Translations under genes and position numbers: made by a program
Shown here: piece by piece, positions 47,911 to 59,600 of the stretch
How the letters are laid out: each line of letters opens with the position of its first letter
How positions within the stretch are numbered: position 1 is the stretch's first letter
Notes under the pieces: model-generated
Told to the model about the DNA's origin: nothing
What the model saw: only the letters and a program-made list of their open reading frames with translations
Database searches by the model: none
DNA from: Phycisphaerae bacterium
GTDB taxonomy: Bacteria > Planctomycetota > Phycisphaerae > JAAYCJ01
Length of the DNA stretch: 64,000 nucleotides
NCBI GenBank assembly: GCA_041658725.1
Contig: JBAZZQ010000008.1
Span: forward strand, 18,070 to 82,069
Reading direction: 5' to 3'

Positions 47911-48772
47911 CATGACATTTACATTCGATGAAATAAAAAAATGCTTAGGGAAGCCTTTTTATGAGACAACAGATTGTATGATCTTTTGTGCCGAATGTTT
48001 GGAAATGATGGCGAAATTAACATGTCCCTTAATTGATTTGACGGTTACAAGCCCTCCTTATAACATCGGCAAAGAATATGAAAAACAAATGCCAATAGAG
48101 GAATATATCGAATGGTGTATGTCTTGGATAATGGAAATACATCGTGTCACAAAACCAAACGGATCATTATGGGTGAATGTGGGATATCTTGAGATTCCCG
48201 GAAAGGCAAAAGCGTTGCCTATTCCTTATTTGCTATGGGACAAAACCCCGTTTTATTTAATTCAGGAGATCGTTTGGAATTATGGGGCGGGCGTGGCAGG
48301 CAAAAAATTTTTTTCGCCTCGAAATGAAAAGTTTTTGTGGTATGTGAAAGATAGCTTTAACTTTACCTATAATCTGGACGAGATCAGAGATAAAAACGTT
48401 AAATATCCCCATCAAAAAAAGAACGGGAAACTGAAATGCAATCCTCTCGGAAAAAACCCGACCGATGTATGGTATATTCCCAAGGTGACCTCGGGAAAAA
48501 ATCGAAGTTCCAGGGAAAGAACGGCCCATCCCGCGCAATTTCCTTTTGCCCTCATCGAGCGAGTTGTCAAAGCTTCAAGTAATAAAAATGATTTAATTCT
48601 GGATCCTTTTTTAGGTTCAGGGACCGCGGCGGTTGTCGCTCTAGCCAACGAAAGAAAATTTATTGGGTTTGAAATTCAAGAACGGTATTGTGAAATAGCG
48701 GCCAAAAGGATTACAAAATATATGGAAAAGGTAAACGAGCCTACCTTATTCAGCTTGGTACAGAACGTCTAA
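47911..48772 (+). CDS. Beta-class DNA methyltransferase of a Type II R-M system. It is probably N4-cytosine (SPPY), possibly N6-adenine.
   Basis: Motif IV DLTVTSPPYN comes before motif I DPFLGSGTAAVVA, which gives the beta-class order. An in-frame upstream Met at 47876 is possible. Confidence 0.8.
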
Positions 48773-49339
48773 TTTGTAATTCTCAACATTACCGCTTAAT
48801 CTTGCCTGCTGTCCCGTAGGTGCTTTCTGTCCCAGCCAATCTTCAGAATCCAGCCATCCAAATTTAATTTTAACTATTTTAGGTTTTGGCCGATTTTCTT
48901 CACATTTTTCAAAGTTCACGGTAAGGTAATAACCAGATTTGCTTTTTCTACCTTTTGCTGTTTCTTGAGCATAACTTCGATTGCCAAAAATACTTTTTGG
49001 ATTAGAGGAGGTTTTGATTTCGATGGAAAATTTATCATCAGGAATAAAAATTAGGTCTTTATCTTTCGCGGAGTTTTCTTTCCTCCATTGTTTCGGATAT
49101 CTTCGCACAAATTCAAGAGGTATGATTTCATGAAGAAAGAATCCCAAAATCTGAGGTTTGGGCAAGATATCCTTTCCAATTAAATACGGCTTGCTACCAA
49201 TTTTGGAATGGAAAATTTCTTCCCACGACCATAATACCACCTCTTTGATTTCTTCGGGAGAAAGAAAATGTTCGGATATCAATCTTTGTGTAATTCCGAA
49301 CCATTTATCGACAGGTTTATTCTGATAAGGAGAAACCAT
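48746..49339 (-). CDS. Putative Type II restriction endonuclease (PD-(D/E)XK)
   Basis: IFIPDDKFSIEIKTS is a candidate PD...ExK catalytic core. The gene is convergent with, and overlaps, the methyltransferase. It sits directly downstream of a C-protein gene. Confidence 0.55.
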   Translation of the reverse strand: MVSPYQNKPVDKWFGITQRLISEHFLSPEEIKEVVLWSWEEIFHSKIGSKPYLIGKDILPKPQILGFFLHEIIPLEFVRRYPKQWRKENSAKDKDLIFIPDDKFSIEIKTSSNPKSIFGNRSYAQETAKGRKSKSGYYLTVNFEKCEENRPKPKIVKIKFGWLDSEDWLGQKAPTGQQARLSGNVENYKLDVLYQAE

Positions 49340-49561
49340 TTAATTATCCAAGAGGTCACAAATTTTCACGTTGAGTGCCTTTGCAATTTTCTCGATGTTT
49401 TCCAAGGTTATATTTTTTTCCGCTCTTTCAATCATCCCGATATAAGTACGGTGAACACCCGCTCTTGCCGCAAACTCCTCTTGAGAGAGATTTAATCTGT
49501 TGCGTTCATTCCGCACCCTTTGTCCAAATTTAAGTAAAATAGCTTTCGCCATAATCCACAC
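49340..49561 (-). CDS. Controller (C) protein of the R-M system, XRE-family HTH
   Basis: LSQEEFAARAGVHRTYIGMIERAEKNITLENIEKIAKALNV closely resembles C.PvuII-type C proteins. Its stop abuts the REase start. Confidence 0.65.
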   Translation of the reverse strand: MWIMAKAILLKFGQRVRNERNRLNLSQEEFAARAGVHRTYIGMIERAEKNITLENIEKIAKALNVKICDLLDN

Positions 49562-49828
49562 TTTCGTAACAGCAAACTATAACTATTTGAAAACTTTAAT
49601 TCTACATACTAAAGGTAGCAAATTGGGGTTGATTTACATTAGCGAAGACAACGTCATTTGGGGTTCATTCCTCGATTCGAGGCTAAATTGTCCACGGTAC
49701 ACTGTTGGCCAAACGGTTACTCAATTTCATTAAAGAACATGAATAAGGAACGATTTATAACTGTTTTAGCCCAAAGATTGCGGATAAAATGCTCTTGCGT
49801 TAAGACGATTCATTTTTATATTAAGGGC

Positions 49829-50647
49829 ATGAAGATGACGCCAGGGAGTCAGGAAAGAAGCTTTGCCGGTTTGATCATCGGTATTATGGTCGGCATTTTA
49901 GGTATCAATGCCCACGCCGATGCCCTGGTTATTGTTATTACCGCTGAAGACATCCATTTAAGCAGTGATTTGTTGGGTAACCCTTTGGAGTTTCCAGGCT
50001 GGCCTCCTTCACAGGGGCGATCCTGGCAAACGACCTTCAACCTTCCTTTCTCGCCGACAGGGAATTCATCTCTAACCATGGATCTTTACGATGTTGATCT
50101 GGCTACAGACATCTTCTATCTGAACGATTTCTTCGCTTACCTTCCTACTTGTCCAGAGCCATTTTATACATGGTATACGAGGGCCTTTACGATTCCATCC
50201 GTTGCTCTCAGGCAAGGGGAAAACGCGTTTCTTATTCAAACCGCTTCAAATGGCACTTCTTATGAACATATCCGGTTCCGCAACGTTGTTTTGAGTGTTG
50301 ACTTACCCGGCGACGTTGATAAAGATGGCCAAGTGGATGCGACAGATCTGGATATTGGGGTAGTTAATCTGGATAAATCATCCGGCGATAGCGGCTGGGA
50401 TAGTCGAGCCGATCTGGACAGCGATGGCGAAGTGACCAGCACGGACCTGTCAATTGTGTTGGCGAATATGCCTTTACCCGGCGACGTTAATAAGGATGGC
50501 AAGGTGGACGAGGCCGACTTGTCGATCATCCTGTCGGTGATGGACTCTACGCCTGCTGATTCGAACTGGGATGCTCGAGCGGATTTGGACACCGATGACG
50601 AAGTTACCTCCACGGATATCTCGATGGTGTTGGATAATATGAATTGA
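49829..50647 (+). CDS. Secreted protein with a tandem double dockerin module at the C-terminus
   Basis: The signal/TM is MKMTPGSQERSFAGLIIGIMVGILGINAHA. The C-terminus has four dockerin repeats (DVDKDGQVDATDL...DLDSDGEVTSTDLSIVL...DVNKDGKVDEADLSIIL...DLDTDDEVTSTDISMVLDNM). The start could also be at 49685. Confidence 0.65.
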   Translation: MKMTPGSQERSFAGLIIGIMVGILGINAHADALVIVITAEDIHLSSDLLGNPLEFPGWPPSQGRSWQTTFNLPFSPTGNSSLTMDLYDVDLATDIFYLNDFFAYLPTCPEPFYTWYTRAFTIPSVALRQGENAFLIQTASNGTSYEHIRFRNVVLSVDLPGDVDKDGQVDATDLDIGVVNLDKSSGDSGWDSRADLDSDGEVTSTDLSIVLANMPLPGDVNKDGKVDEADLSIILSVMDSTPADSNWDARADLDTDDEVTSTDISMVLDNMN

Positions 50648-50683
50648 GAAAAGCTATCAGCGGTCAGCCGACAAAACTGAAAT

Positions 50684-51235
50684 TTGGTCAAGTCTTACTA
50701 TTTAAAGACCGATAATCATGTAAACGGGCTTATTTTGCCCGATGTTTTTTTTGCGCTTGGAAACCTAGAAATGACCGATGCCGATACGTTAGCTGAATTG
50801 GAAAACGCGGTGGAAACGTCTGACCCGACCCAGATGCCGGCGGATGCCGTTTCTCCCCAGGCACAGGAACCTACACCGAGCGTCGAATCGGCGCATCCGC
50901 ATTTTCCGGTTACCCATATCAATCCGGCACTGGTGGAGCCGGCGTCTAAGGATCTGAAATTACCGGATACCCCCCAAATGCGAAGAATTCGGCAAGTGGA
51001 AGTCCCGATTATCGTACGATTGGCTCATAAGATTATGCCGCTGGGGGAAATTATGCAGTTGGCCCCTGGGGCGATTATTGAATTCAATAAAGTGGTTGGG
51101 GACAATTTGGATTTAATGATCAACAATAAAGGGATCGGCGGCGGTCAGGCGGTGAAGGTTGGGGAAAAGTTCGGCTTGCGGGTAACGAATCTGACGACGC
51201 TGGATCAAATGATTTTGGCCATGGCGGGGAAATAA
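50684..51235 (+). CDS. FliN/YscQ-like SpoA-domain protein (flagellar motor switch / T3SS C-ring family). The start is uncertain and may be at Met 50770.
   Basis: The C-terminal VEVPIIVRLAHKIMPLGEIMQLAPGAIIEFNKVVGDNLDLMINNKGIGGGQAVKVGEKFGLRVTNL matches the FliN SpoA domain. Confidence 0.55.
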   Translation: MVKSYYLKTDNHVNGLILPDVFFALGNLEMTDADTLAELENAVETSDPTQMPADAVSPQAQEPTPSVESAHPHFPVTHINPALVEPASKDLKLPDTPQMRRIRQVEVPIIVRLAHKIMPLGEIMQLAPGAIIEFNKVVGDNLDLMINNKGIGGGQAVKVGEKFGLRVTNLTTLDQMILAMAGK

Positions 51236-51272
51236 GAGTGTGGAACCGCAGATAAACGCCGATGGACACGGA

Positions 51273-52568
51273 TTAAATCAATTTCTTTGCCATCGCTAGC
51301 GCCTCTTCTTTTGTTTGGATTAATTCATTTAATTGGGCGTCGTACACTTCGTCCAGGATTCGCTGATAGGCGGGTCCGGGGGTTAATGCTAGTTGGGTGG
51401 TCAGGTCCTGGCCGCCGAGAAGAGGGGGGTGTTCGAGGGAAGCGGGAGAAATTTTACCGGCCTGGCTCAAGAGGTGGTCGAGATTTTGTTGCGGTTCCAA
51501 ACCTGCTTTGACGCGGGCTTGATAGAGATTGACGAGACCCTCGTATCGTTCGTAGATCATCAGGCGTTTGATATGAGCCAGGGACAATTGATCGGCTTGG
51601 CCTAAGAGAGGCAATAACTGGACCAGCCAGACAGTTCGCATCCGCTCCTGGTTGCTGCAAGTGAGTTGGCGGCAGACCTGGTCGGCGGTTTTAGCGGAGG
51701 CGGTGTAATGTGACAGACTCATCCGGGATCGAATTTGAATATTTCCGGTTGGCCTAGCCCACCCTACGAGATGTAATAATCCAGCCAGGACGGTTTCAAA
51801 CTGGGTTTCATCCGGTAAATGATTTACCACTTCAAGCGTCTGGGTAAATGCGTCGGTTGGGAGGGTGTGGACCTGGGGCAGGATATATTTTAGCAAGCCG
51901 AGTTCGTCGGCCAGTTTTAATCCGATCGCGCGGCGCGGAGAGGAAAAGAGTTTTTTAAATTCTTCGAGAATGCGCTCGGCGCTGATTTTGACGATTTCTC
52001 CAGCCAGTTGGCGAATGGCTTGGGCGGTGGCGGTTTCGATTTGAAAATCGTTTAGCTGGCCGGCGAAGCGGATTGCCCTGAGCATTCGCAGGTGATCCTC
52101 TCGGAATCGGGCCTCCGGCTGACCGATGGCACGGATGACGCGTTTTTCGATATCCGCCTGGCCGCCGACCAGGTCGATGATTTTTTCCTCGATCGGATCG
52201 TAGTACATTCCGTTGATGGTAAAATCCCGCCGTTCGGCGTCTTCCTGCATCGATCCGATACGGACGCTGTCCGGATGCCGGCCGTCGGAGTAACTCTGGT
52301 CGGATCGGAAACTGGCCACTTCGATCCAGTGGCCGCCCAATCCCACCAGCACCACGCCGAACTTCGCACCCACCAGCAGCGTTCTGGGAAATAGCTTGAT
52401 GACCTCCTGGGTTCGGGCGGAGGTGGTAACGTCGTGTTCTTCTTTGGGATTCTTTCTGCCCAGCAGCATGTCCCGCACGCATCCGCCCACCAGGTACGCT
52501 TGATGTCCCTGCGAACGAAGCTTTTGAATGATTTCAATCGCCGCCGTTTTGTTGTCCACTTTTTTCAT
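51273..52568 (-). CDS. cca: CCA-adding tRNA nucleotidyltransferase (PolyA_pol head + HD-less tail)
   Basis: GHQAYLVGGCVRDMLLGR...HDVTT...RDFTINGM motifs of class-II CCA enzymes. Confidence 0.85.
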   Translation of the reverse strand: MKKVDNKTAAIEIIQKLRSQGHQAYLVGGCVRDMLLGRKNPKEEHDVTTSARTQEVIKLFPRTLLVGAKFGVVLVGLGGHWIEVASFRSDQSYSDGRHPDSVRIGSMQEDAERRDFTINGMYYDPIEEKIIDLVGGQADIEKRVIRAIGQPEARFREDHLRMLRAIRFAGQLNDFQIETATAQAIRQLAGEIVKISAERILEEFKKLFSSPRRAIGLKLADELGLLKYILPQVHTLPTDAFTQTLEVVNHLPDETQFETVLAGLLHLVGWARPTGNIQIRSRMSLSHYTASAKTADQVCRQLTCSNQERMRTVWLVQLLPLLGQADQLSLAHIKRLMIYERYEGLVNLYQARVKAGLEPQQNLDHLLSQAGKISPASLEHPPLLGGQDLTTQLALTPGPAYQRILDEVYDAQLNELIQTKEEALAMAKKLI

Positions 52569-52616
52569 ACAATTTAATATTATAGTAATTCTCTAAACTA
52601 TGGAAGGAGAGAAAAA

Positions 52617-53843
52617 TTGAAAGCGGCAATTGTTTCGACCGGCGATGAATTGATTATCGGGAAAACGCTCGACACCAATAGCCATTGGCTGATCAACCAA
52701 CTTACGGATTTGGATGTCGAGACGATCTGCTGTCTGACCGTGGGGGATGACAAGTCTCGGATCATCTGGGCGTTGCGTCAGGCGATTGAGCAGGCGTCTT
52801 TGGTCATCCTGACCGGTGGGCTTGGTCCGACCGATGACGACCTGACGCGGTTCGCCCTGGCGGAACTGGCGGGTGTGGAACTATTTGAGCATAAAGAATC
52901 CCTCCGGAAGATTGAGGATTTTTTCAAATCCCGAAATCGGCCTATGAACGAGCGCAATCGTATTCAGGCCATGATGCCAGAAGGGACCGAGGTTCTCGCT
53001 AATCCCGGAGGAACAGCTCCGGGGATAAAAATGGCCATCGGGCAAACTACGGTTTTTGCGATTCCGGGCGTGCCGCGGGAAATGAAGCAGATGCACGAGT
53101 TTTACATTCAACCCTGGTTGAAAAATCAGGTTCGTCAGAAAATTTCCCGCCGGCGATTGCATTGCGTCGGGATCGGCGAATCCGATTTGGTGCATCGGAT
53201 TGACGACTTGGTGGTTGCCCAGCCTGAAGTGACCTTCGGAACCACCGCCAACGAGGGAATCATATCCATCGGCCTGGCGTGCAAAAATCAAAACGCGATG
53301 GACAGCTTGGAACAATCCATTCGGCAGCGACTCGGGTGGGCGATTTTCGGTTCCGATAACGACAGCCTGCCCGGCGTGGTGGGTCAATTGCTTAAAGAGC
53401 GAAATGAAAAACTGATCACTGCCGAATCCTGCACCGGGGGTTTGATCGGAAAAATGATTACGGACGTTTCCGGCAGCAGCGATTATTACCTTGGTGGGTT
53501 TATCACTTACAGCAACGAAGTAAAGCATCGGGAACTTTCGGTTCCTGCGGAATTATTAAAAGTCTACGGTGCGGTAAGTTCGCCGGTTGCGGAAGCGATG
53601 GCCAAAGGTGCCTTGGAAAAAACCCAGGTCGACTGGTCTATCTCCGTTACCGGCATCGCCGGTCCCGCCGGAGGCAGCGAAACAAAACCTGTCGGACTTG
53701 TTTACATCGGTCTGGCCAATCGCCGGGGATTTTGCGAGGTCAAAGAATTTCGCTACGGCAATCCTGGCCGTGAGGCGGTTCGGATTCGTTCCGCCCTTTC
53801 CGCCTTGGATATGCTTCGTCTGACTTTATTAGCGAAAGCGTAA
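52617..53843 (+). CDS. cinA: Competence/damage-inducible protein CinA (MocF-binding N-domain + PncC-like NMN deamidase C-domain)
   Basis: MKAAIVSTGDELIIGKTLDTNSHWL... The C-terminal ITAESCTGGLIG..YIGLA CinA domain is present. Confidence 0.9.
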   Translation: MKAAIVSTGDELIIGKTLDTNSHWLINQLTDLDVETICCLTVGDDKSRIIWALRQAIEQASLVILTGGLGPTDDDLTRFALAELAGVELFEHKESLRKIEDFFKSRNRPMNERNRIQAMMPEGTEVLANPGGTAPGIKMAIGQTTVFAIPGVPREMKQMHEFYIQPWLKNQVRQKISRRRLHCVGIGESDLVHRIDDLVVAQPEVTFGTTANEGIISIGLACKNQNAMDSLEQSIRQRLGWAIFGSDNDSLPGVVGQLLKERNEKLITAESCTGGLIGKMITDVSGSSDYYLGGFITYSNEVKHRELSVPAELLKVYGAVSSPVAEAMAKGALEKTQVDWSISVTGIAGPAGGSETKPVGLVYIGLANRRGFCEVKEFRYGNPGREAVRIRSALSALDMLRLTLLAKA

Positions 53844-53866
53844 AAAAGATGACTGTTCAGACCACC

Positions 53867-53937
53867 CATTGTGCCACGGTCGGCTTGTCCGACCGTGCTC
53901 TGAAGACACGGCTGGACAAGCCAGCCGTGGCACAATG
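53867..53937. terminator. 71-bp double palindrome: two 31-nt arms, each containing its own inner hairpin. It may act as a terminator or REP-like element after cinA.
   Basis: Arms are CATTGTGCCACGGTCGGCTTGTCCGACCGTG and CACGGCTGGACAAGCCAGCCGTGGCACAATG. Compensatory changes preserve the inner stems. No U-tract follows. Confidence 0.4.
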
Positions 53938-53983
53938 TCGGAAGGTTCTGGGCGATTACAAAAAATATTGCTGATTATTTCGA

Positions 53984-54012
53984 TTGACAATATCGCAAAA
54001 GAGGTGTAATAT
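53984..54012 (+). promoter_or_regulatory. Canonical sigma70-type promoter (TTGACA-17 nt-TAATAT) upstream of metY
   Basis: Exact -35 and near-exact -10 hexamers with 17-nt spacing. It lies 97 nt upstream of the metY ATG in an AT-rich leader. Confidence 0.45.
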
Positions 54013-54093
54013 ATGGAAGAGAAGAATTTATTTTTATATTTTTTGGCAGAAAACAAAAAACTGTCGTAAAATAAAAAGCCTTATCAAAGTTGA

Positions 54094-55404
<1,311 letters not shown>

Positions 55405-55585
55405 AATGATTGGACGCTCTTTGCTAAATATCGTAGTTTATAATTCTTAGTGCACAGCATTTTGGAAGTACGGTTACATATTCCGGGGTGGCATGGGCAA
55501 TCCTTATTGCCCATGCCACCCCAGCAGTGGGACTTTACTGTACTAGAATTATGAACTACGAACCATTTTTGGAGGACGCAAAAAA

Positions 55586-56512
55586 GTGAAAATCGCAAAC
55601 GACATCACGCAGTTGATCGGTAACACTCCACTGGTCTGGCTGAACCATCTGACTGATGGTCTGCCTGCTAAAATCGCCGCCAAACTTGAATTTTTCAATC
55701 CCGTCTCCAGCGTCAAGGACCGGGTCGGACTGGCCATGATCGAGTCCGCCGAAAAACAGGGGCTGATCAATCACGACACCATCATTCTGGAACCTACATC
55801 CGGAAACACCGGCGTCGCCCTCGCCTTCGTCTGCGCCGCCAAGGGGTACAAGCTCGTCCTGACCATGCCTGAATCCATGTCCCAGGAACGGCGGAAAATC
55901 CTCACCGCCTTCGGAGCCAAAATCATTCTCACCCCCGCCGCGGAAGGAATGACCGGAGCCATCAACCATGCCAAAAAACTCGCTAGTGAAAACCCCCGGT
56001 ACTTTATCCCCCAGCAGTTTGAAAATCCCGCTAATCCTGAAATTCACCGCAAAACCACTGCCTTGGAAATCTGGCGTGACACCGACGGCCAAGCTGACTT
56101 CGTCGTCGCCGGGGTCGGGACCGGCGGAACGATCACCGGGATCGCTGAAGTCATCAAACAGAAAAAACCGTCCTTCAAAGCTATCGCCGTCGAACCTACC
56201 GACTCTCCTGTCCTATCCGGCGGAAAGCCCGGTCCCCACAAAATTCAGGGGATCGGCGCGGGATTTGTTCCTCGCGTCCTCAACCGGGACATTCTTGACG
56301 AAATTATACAAATCGATACCACCGAAGCCTTCCAAGCCACACGCGACTTGGCCAGAAAAGAAGGAATCTTCGCCGGAATTTCCTCCGGGGCCGCTCTTGC
56401 CGCGGCGGTAAAAGTCGCGCAACGACCCGAAAACACCGGAAAATTAATCGTCGTCATTCTCCCTGACACCGGAGAACGATATTTGTCCACACCTCTCTTC
56501 GACGAACCATAA
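55586..56512 (+). CDS. cysK: Cysteine synthase A (O-acetylserine sulfhydrylase)
   Basis: IGNTPLV, SVKDR and TSGNTG PLP-binding motifs. GTG start with RBS ggagga. Confidence 0.9.
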   Translation: MKIANDITQLIGNTPLVWLNHLTDGLPAKIAAKLEFFNPVSSVKDRVGLAMIESAEKQGLINHDTIILEPTSGNTGVALAFVCAAKGYKLVLTMPESMSQERRKILTAFGAKIILTPAAEGMTGAINHAKKLASENPRYFIPQQFENPANPEIHRKTTALEIWRDTDGQADFVVAGVGTGGTITGIAEVIKQKKPSFKAIAVEPTDSPVLSGGKPGPHKIQGIGAGFVPRVLNRDILDEIIQIDTTEAFQATRDLARKEGIFAGISSGAALAAAVKVAQRPENTGKLIVVILPDTGERYLSTPLFDEP

Positions 56513-56604
56513 GGCCATTTTGACAATGAATCATTGACAGAATTCGCCTGGTGGTCTAAGATCAATCCAGGTTGGAATTTTTGTGAAATTAGGAAGAAGC
56601 TGCC

Positions 56605-59600
56605 GTGAGTCAATCGTTCGTTCATCTTCATGTCCATACGCATTATTCATTGCTGGATGGGGCTTGCCGGCTTGAGGATTTGTTTTCCCGGTGCAAACAG
56701 CTTGGGATGAATACGCTGGCGATTACCGATCATGGTAATATGTTTGGGGCGATTGAATTTTATACCAAAGCACAGGCGGCGGGGATCAAGCCGATAATCG
56801 GGTATGAGGCGTACATCGCGCCGGGGGATCGGCGGGAAAAAGAGGCTAAGGGGATCGACGAGGCGTCTTACCATTTGCTGCTGCTGGCTCAGAATTTTAC
56901 CGGGTATAAAAATCTTTTGAAACTGGCGACTACCGCTTATCTGGATGGTTTTTATTACAAACCTCGGATCGATAAAGCTGTTTTGAAAGAACTTAACGAA
57001 GGTTTGATCTGTACCAGCGCGTGTCTGGCGGGAGAAATTTCCGATAAGATCATGCGTCAGGATTTGGCTGGGGCGACGATGGTCGCGGAGGAATACGCGG
57101 CCATGTTCGGCGAAAAGCGATTTTTCATCGAACTGATGGATCACGGGATTCCGGAGCAGAAATTCGTCAACGAGCAGTTGGTGGATATCGCCGATAAGCT
57201 GGGCCTGGGCCTGCTTGCCACCAACGATGTGCATTACCTGAATCAGGAAGACGCCCGTGCCCATGAAATTCTGATGTGCGTCAATACCGGTAAAAAGCTT
57301 ACCGATGAAAAACGTCTGACGTTTGGGTCGGACAAATTTTATCTGCGCAGCGGCCAGGAAATGGCGGAGGTTTTTAAGGCCTATCCCCAGGCTCTTAGCA
57401 ATACGGTCCAACTGGCTCATCACTGCAATCTTGAACTGGATTTTAAAAAACGTTACGCCCCGGTTTACCATCCGCCGGAGAAAAAAAAGCCTGACGATTA
57501 CCTGCGGGAGCTGGTATACGAACAGGCAGAAAAACTCTACGGCGCGATTACCGACGATATCCGCAAGCGGATCGATTACGAGCTTCAAGTGATCTGTTCG
57601 AAGGGTTTTTCCAGTTATTTTCTCATCGTCTGGGATTTTGTCAACTTTGCCCGCCAAAATGGGATTCCCTGCGGTGCCAGGGGCAGCGCATGCGGAACGG
57701 TCGTCGGGTATTGCCTGGAACTGAGTAACGTCGATCCGTTGAAATATGAATTGTATTTTGAGCGTTTCATGGACCCCGAGCGAAACGATATGCCCGATAT
57801 CGATATGGACATGTGCCAGACAAATCGTCCGCGAGTTATCGATTATGTCCGCCGGAAATACGGGCATGTCGCGCAGATTGTAACGTTTAATACGATGGCG
57901 GCTCGGGCGGCGATCCGGGACGTCGGGCGAGTGATGGATATTCCTTTGTCCCAGGTGGACCAGATTGCCAAGAAGGTTCCCTTTGGCGCGAAGGTTACGC
58001 TTCAGGACGCGCTGGACACCGAACCTGATTTAAAGAAGCTCGTCGCGGAAAATCCTCAGATTAAAGATTTGATGGACGTGGCCCTTCGGCTGGAAGGGCT
58101 GGCGAGAAATTCCAGCGTTCACGCCGCCGGCGTCGTGATTGCCGATGTCGCACTGGAGGAACTGGTTCCACTTTGCAAAAGCGGGGACGATATTCTGACC
58201 CAGTACGAAGGGACGATTGTTGAAAAAGTCGGCTTGCTCAAGATGGATTTTTTGGGTCTGCGGACCCTTAGCACATTGCAGCGGACGGTGGACCTTATCG
58301 AGCAGCAGTGCGGGAAGAAAATCGATTTTGAGAATGTTCCTCTGGAGGATCCGAAGGTATTTGAGATTTTCTATAGTGGGCGAACCAAGGGGATATTCCA
58401 GTTTGAATCGGACGGGATGCGCGATTTGCTGATGCGGATGAAACCGGACCGGTTGGCCGATTTGATCGCCGCCAATGCGCTGTATCGGCCGGGACCGATG
58501 GTTCTGATCGACGATTATATTCAGCGAAAACACGGAACGACCTGGCAAGCTCCACACGAAATCGTCAAGGAAGTCCTCAAAGACACGCATGGCATTATGG
58601 TCTACCAGGAACAGGTCATGCGGCTGTGCAATCAGTTGGGCAATATTCCGATGGGCCGGTCGTATAAGCTCATCAAGGCAATCGGCAAGAAGAACGAGGA
58701 GATCATTTCCGCCGAGCGCGACGCATTCCTGGCAGGATGCCGGGAAAACGGGGTGGCGAAGGACAAAGCGGAAGAACTGTTTGATTTGATCAAGCGGTTC
58801 GCCGGGTACGGTTTTAATAAATCGCATTCCACCCGCTACGCTATGATTGCCTATGAAACGGCGTATTTAAAGGCGTATTATCCGCTGCAATTTATGGCCG
58901 CGTTGCTGACGTTTGAAATGGGCGATACCGATAAAATTGTCGAATACATCGATGAAGCCCGGAAGATGGGTATCGACGTTCAGGCACCGGATATCAATGC
59001 CTCCGGAGTGGATTTTACCGTGGTGTACGAAAAGGACAAGGGATTGATTCGGTTCGGTCTGGCCGCCGTCAAGGGGGTGGGATCCAAGGCGGTGGAAGCG
59101 ATCGTGCAGGCCCGCCAGGCCGGTGGACCGTTTAAATCGCTCTTTGATTTTTGCAGGCGGGTGGACCTGAAAAATTTGAATCGTGGGACAATCGAATCGC
59201 TGATCAAGTGCGGGGCGTTTGATTCGACCGGCGCGAAGCGAAAAGCCATGGTCGATGGATTGGATCGTGCCCTGGAATTTGCCTCCGGATTGCAGCGTGA
59301 CGCCAATGCCGGACAGATGAGCTTTTTTGACAATTTTGAAAAGCAGGCCGATGTGGTCGATGAAAAGCTCGGTAGCGAGGAATGGCCGGAGTCCGATCTT
59401 TTGAGCTTTGAAAAGCAAACGCTGGGTTTTTACGTAACGTCGCATCCGCTGGCCCAGCAGGCGGCGCTGCTTTCGAGTTACGCGACGGCCGACACCCGCA
59501 AACTCGGCGAGCTGGACGACGGGCATGAAATCGTGATCGGCGGATTGATCGAAAAAGTCCGCACCGTCGTGGTCAAAGGCAGAAACGGCAACGGACCGGC

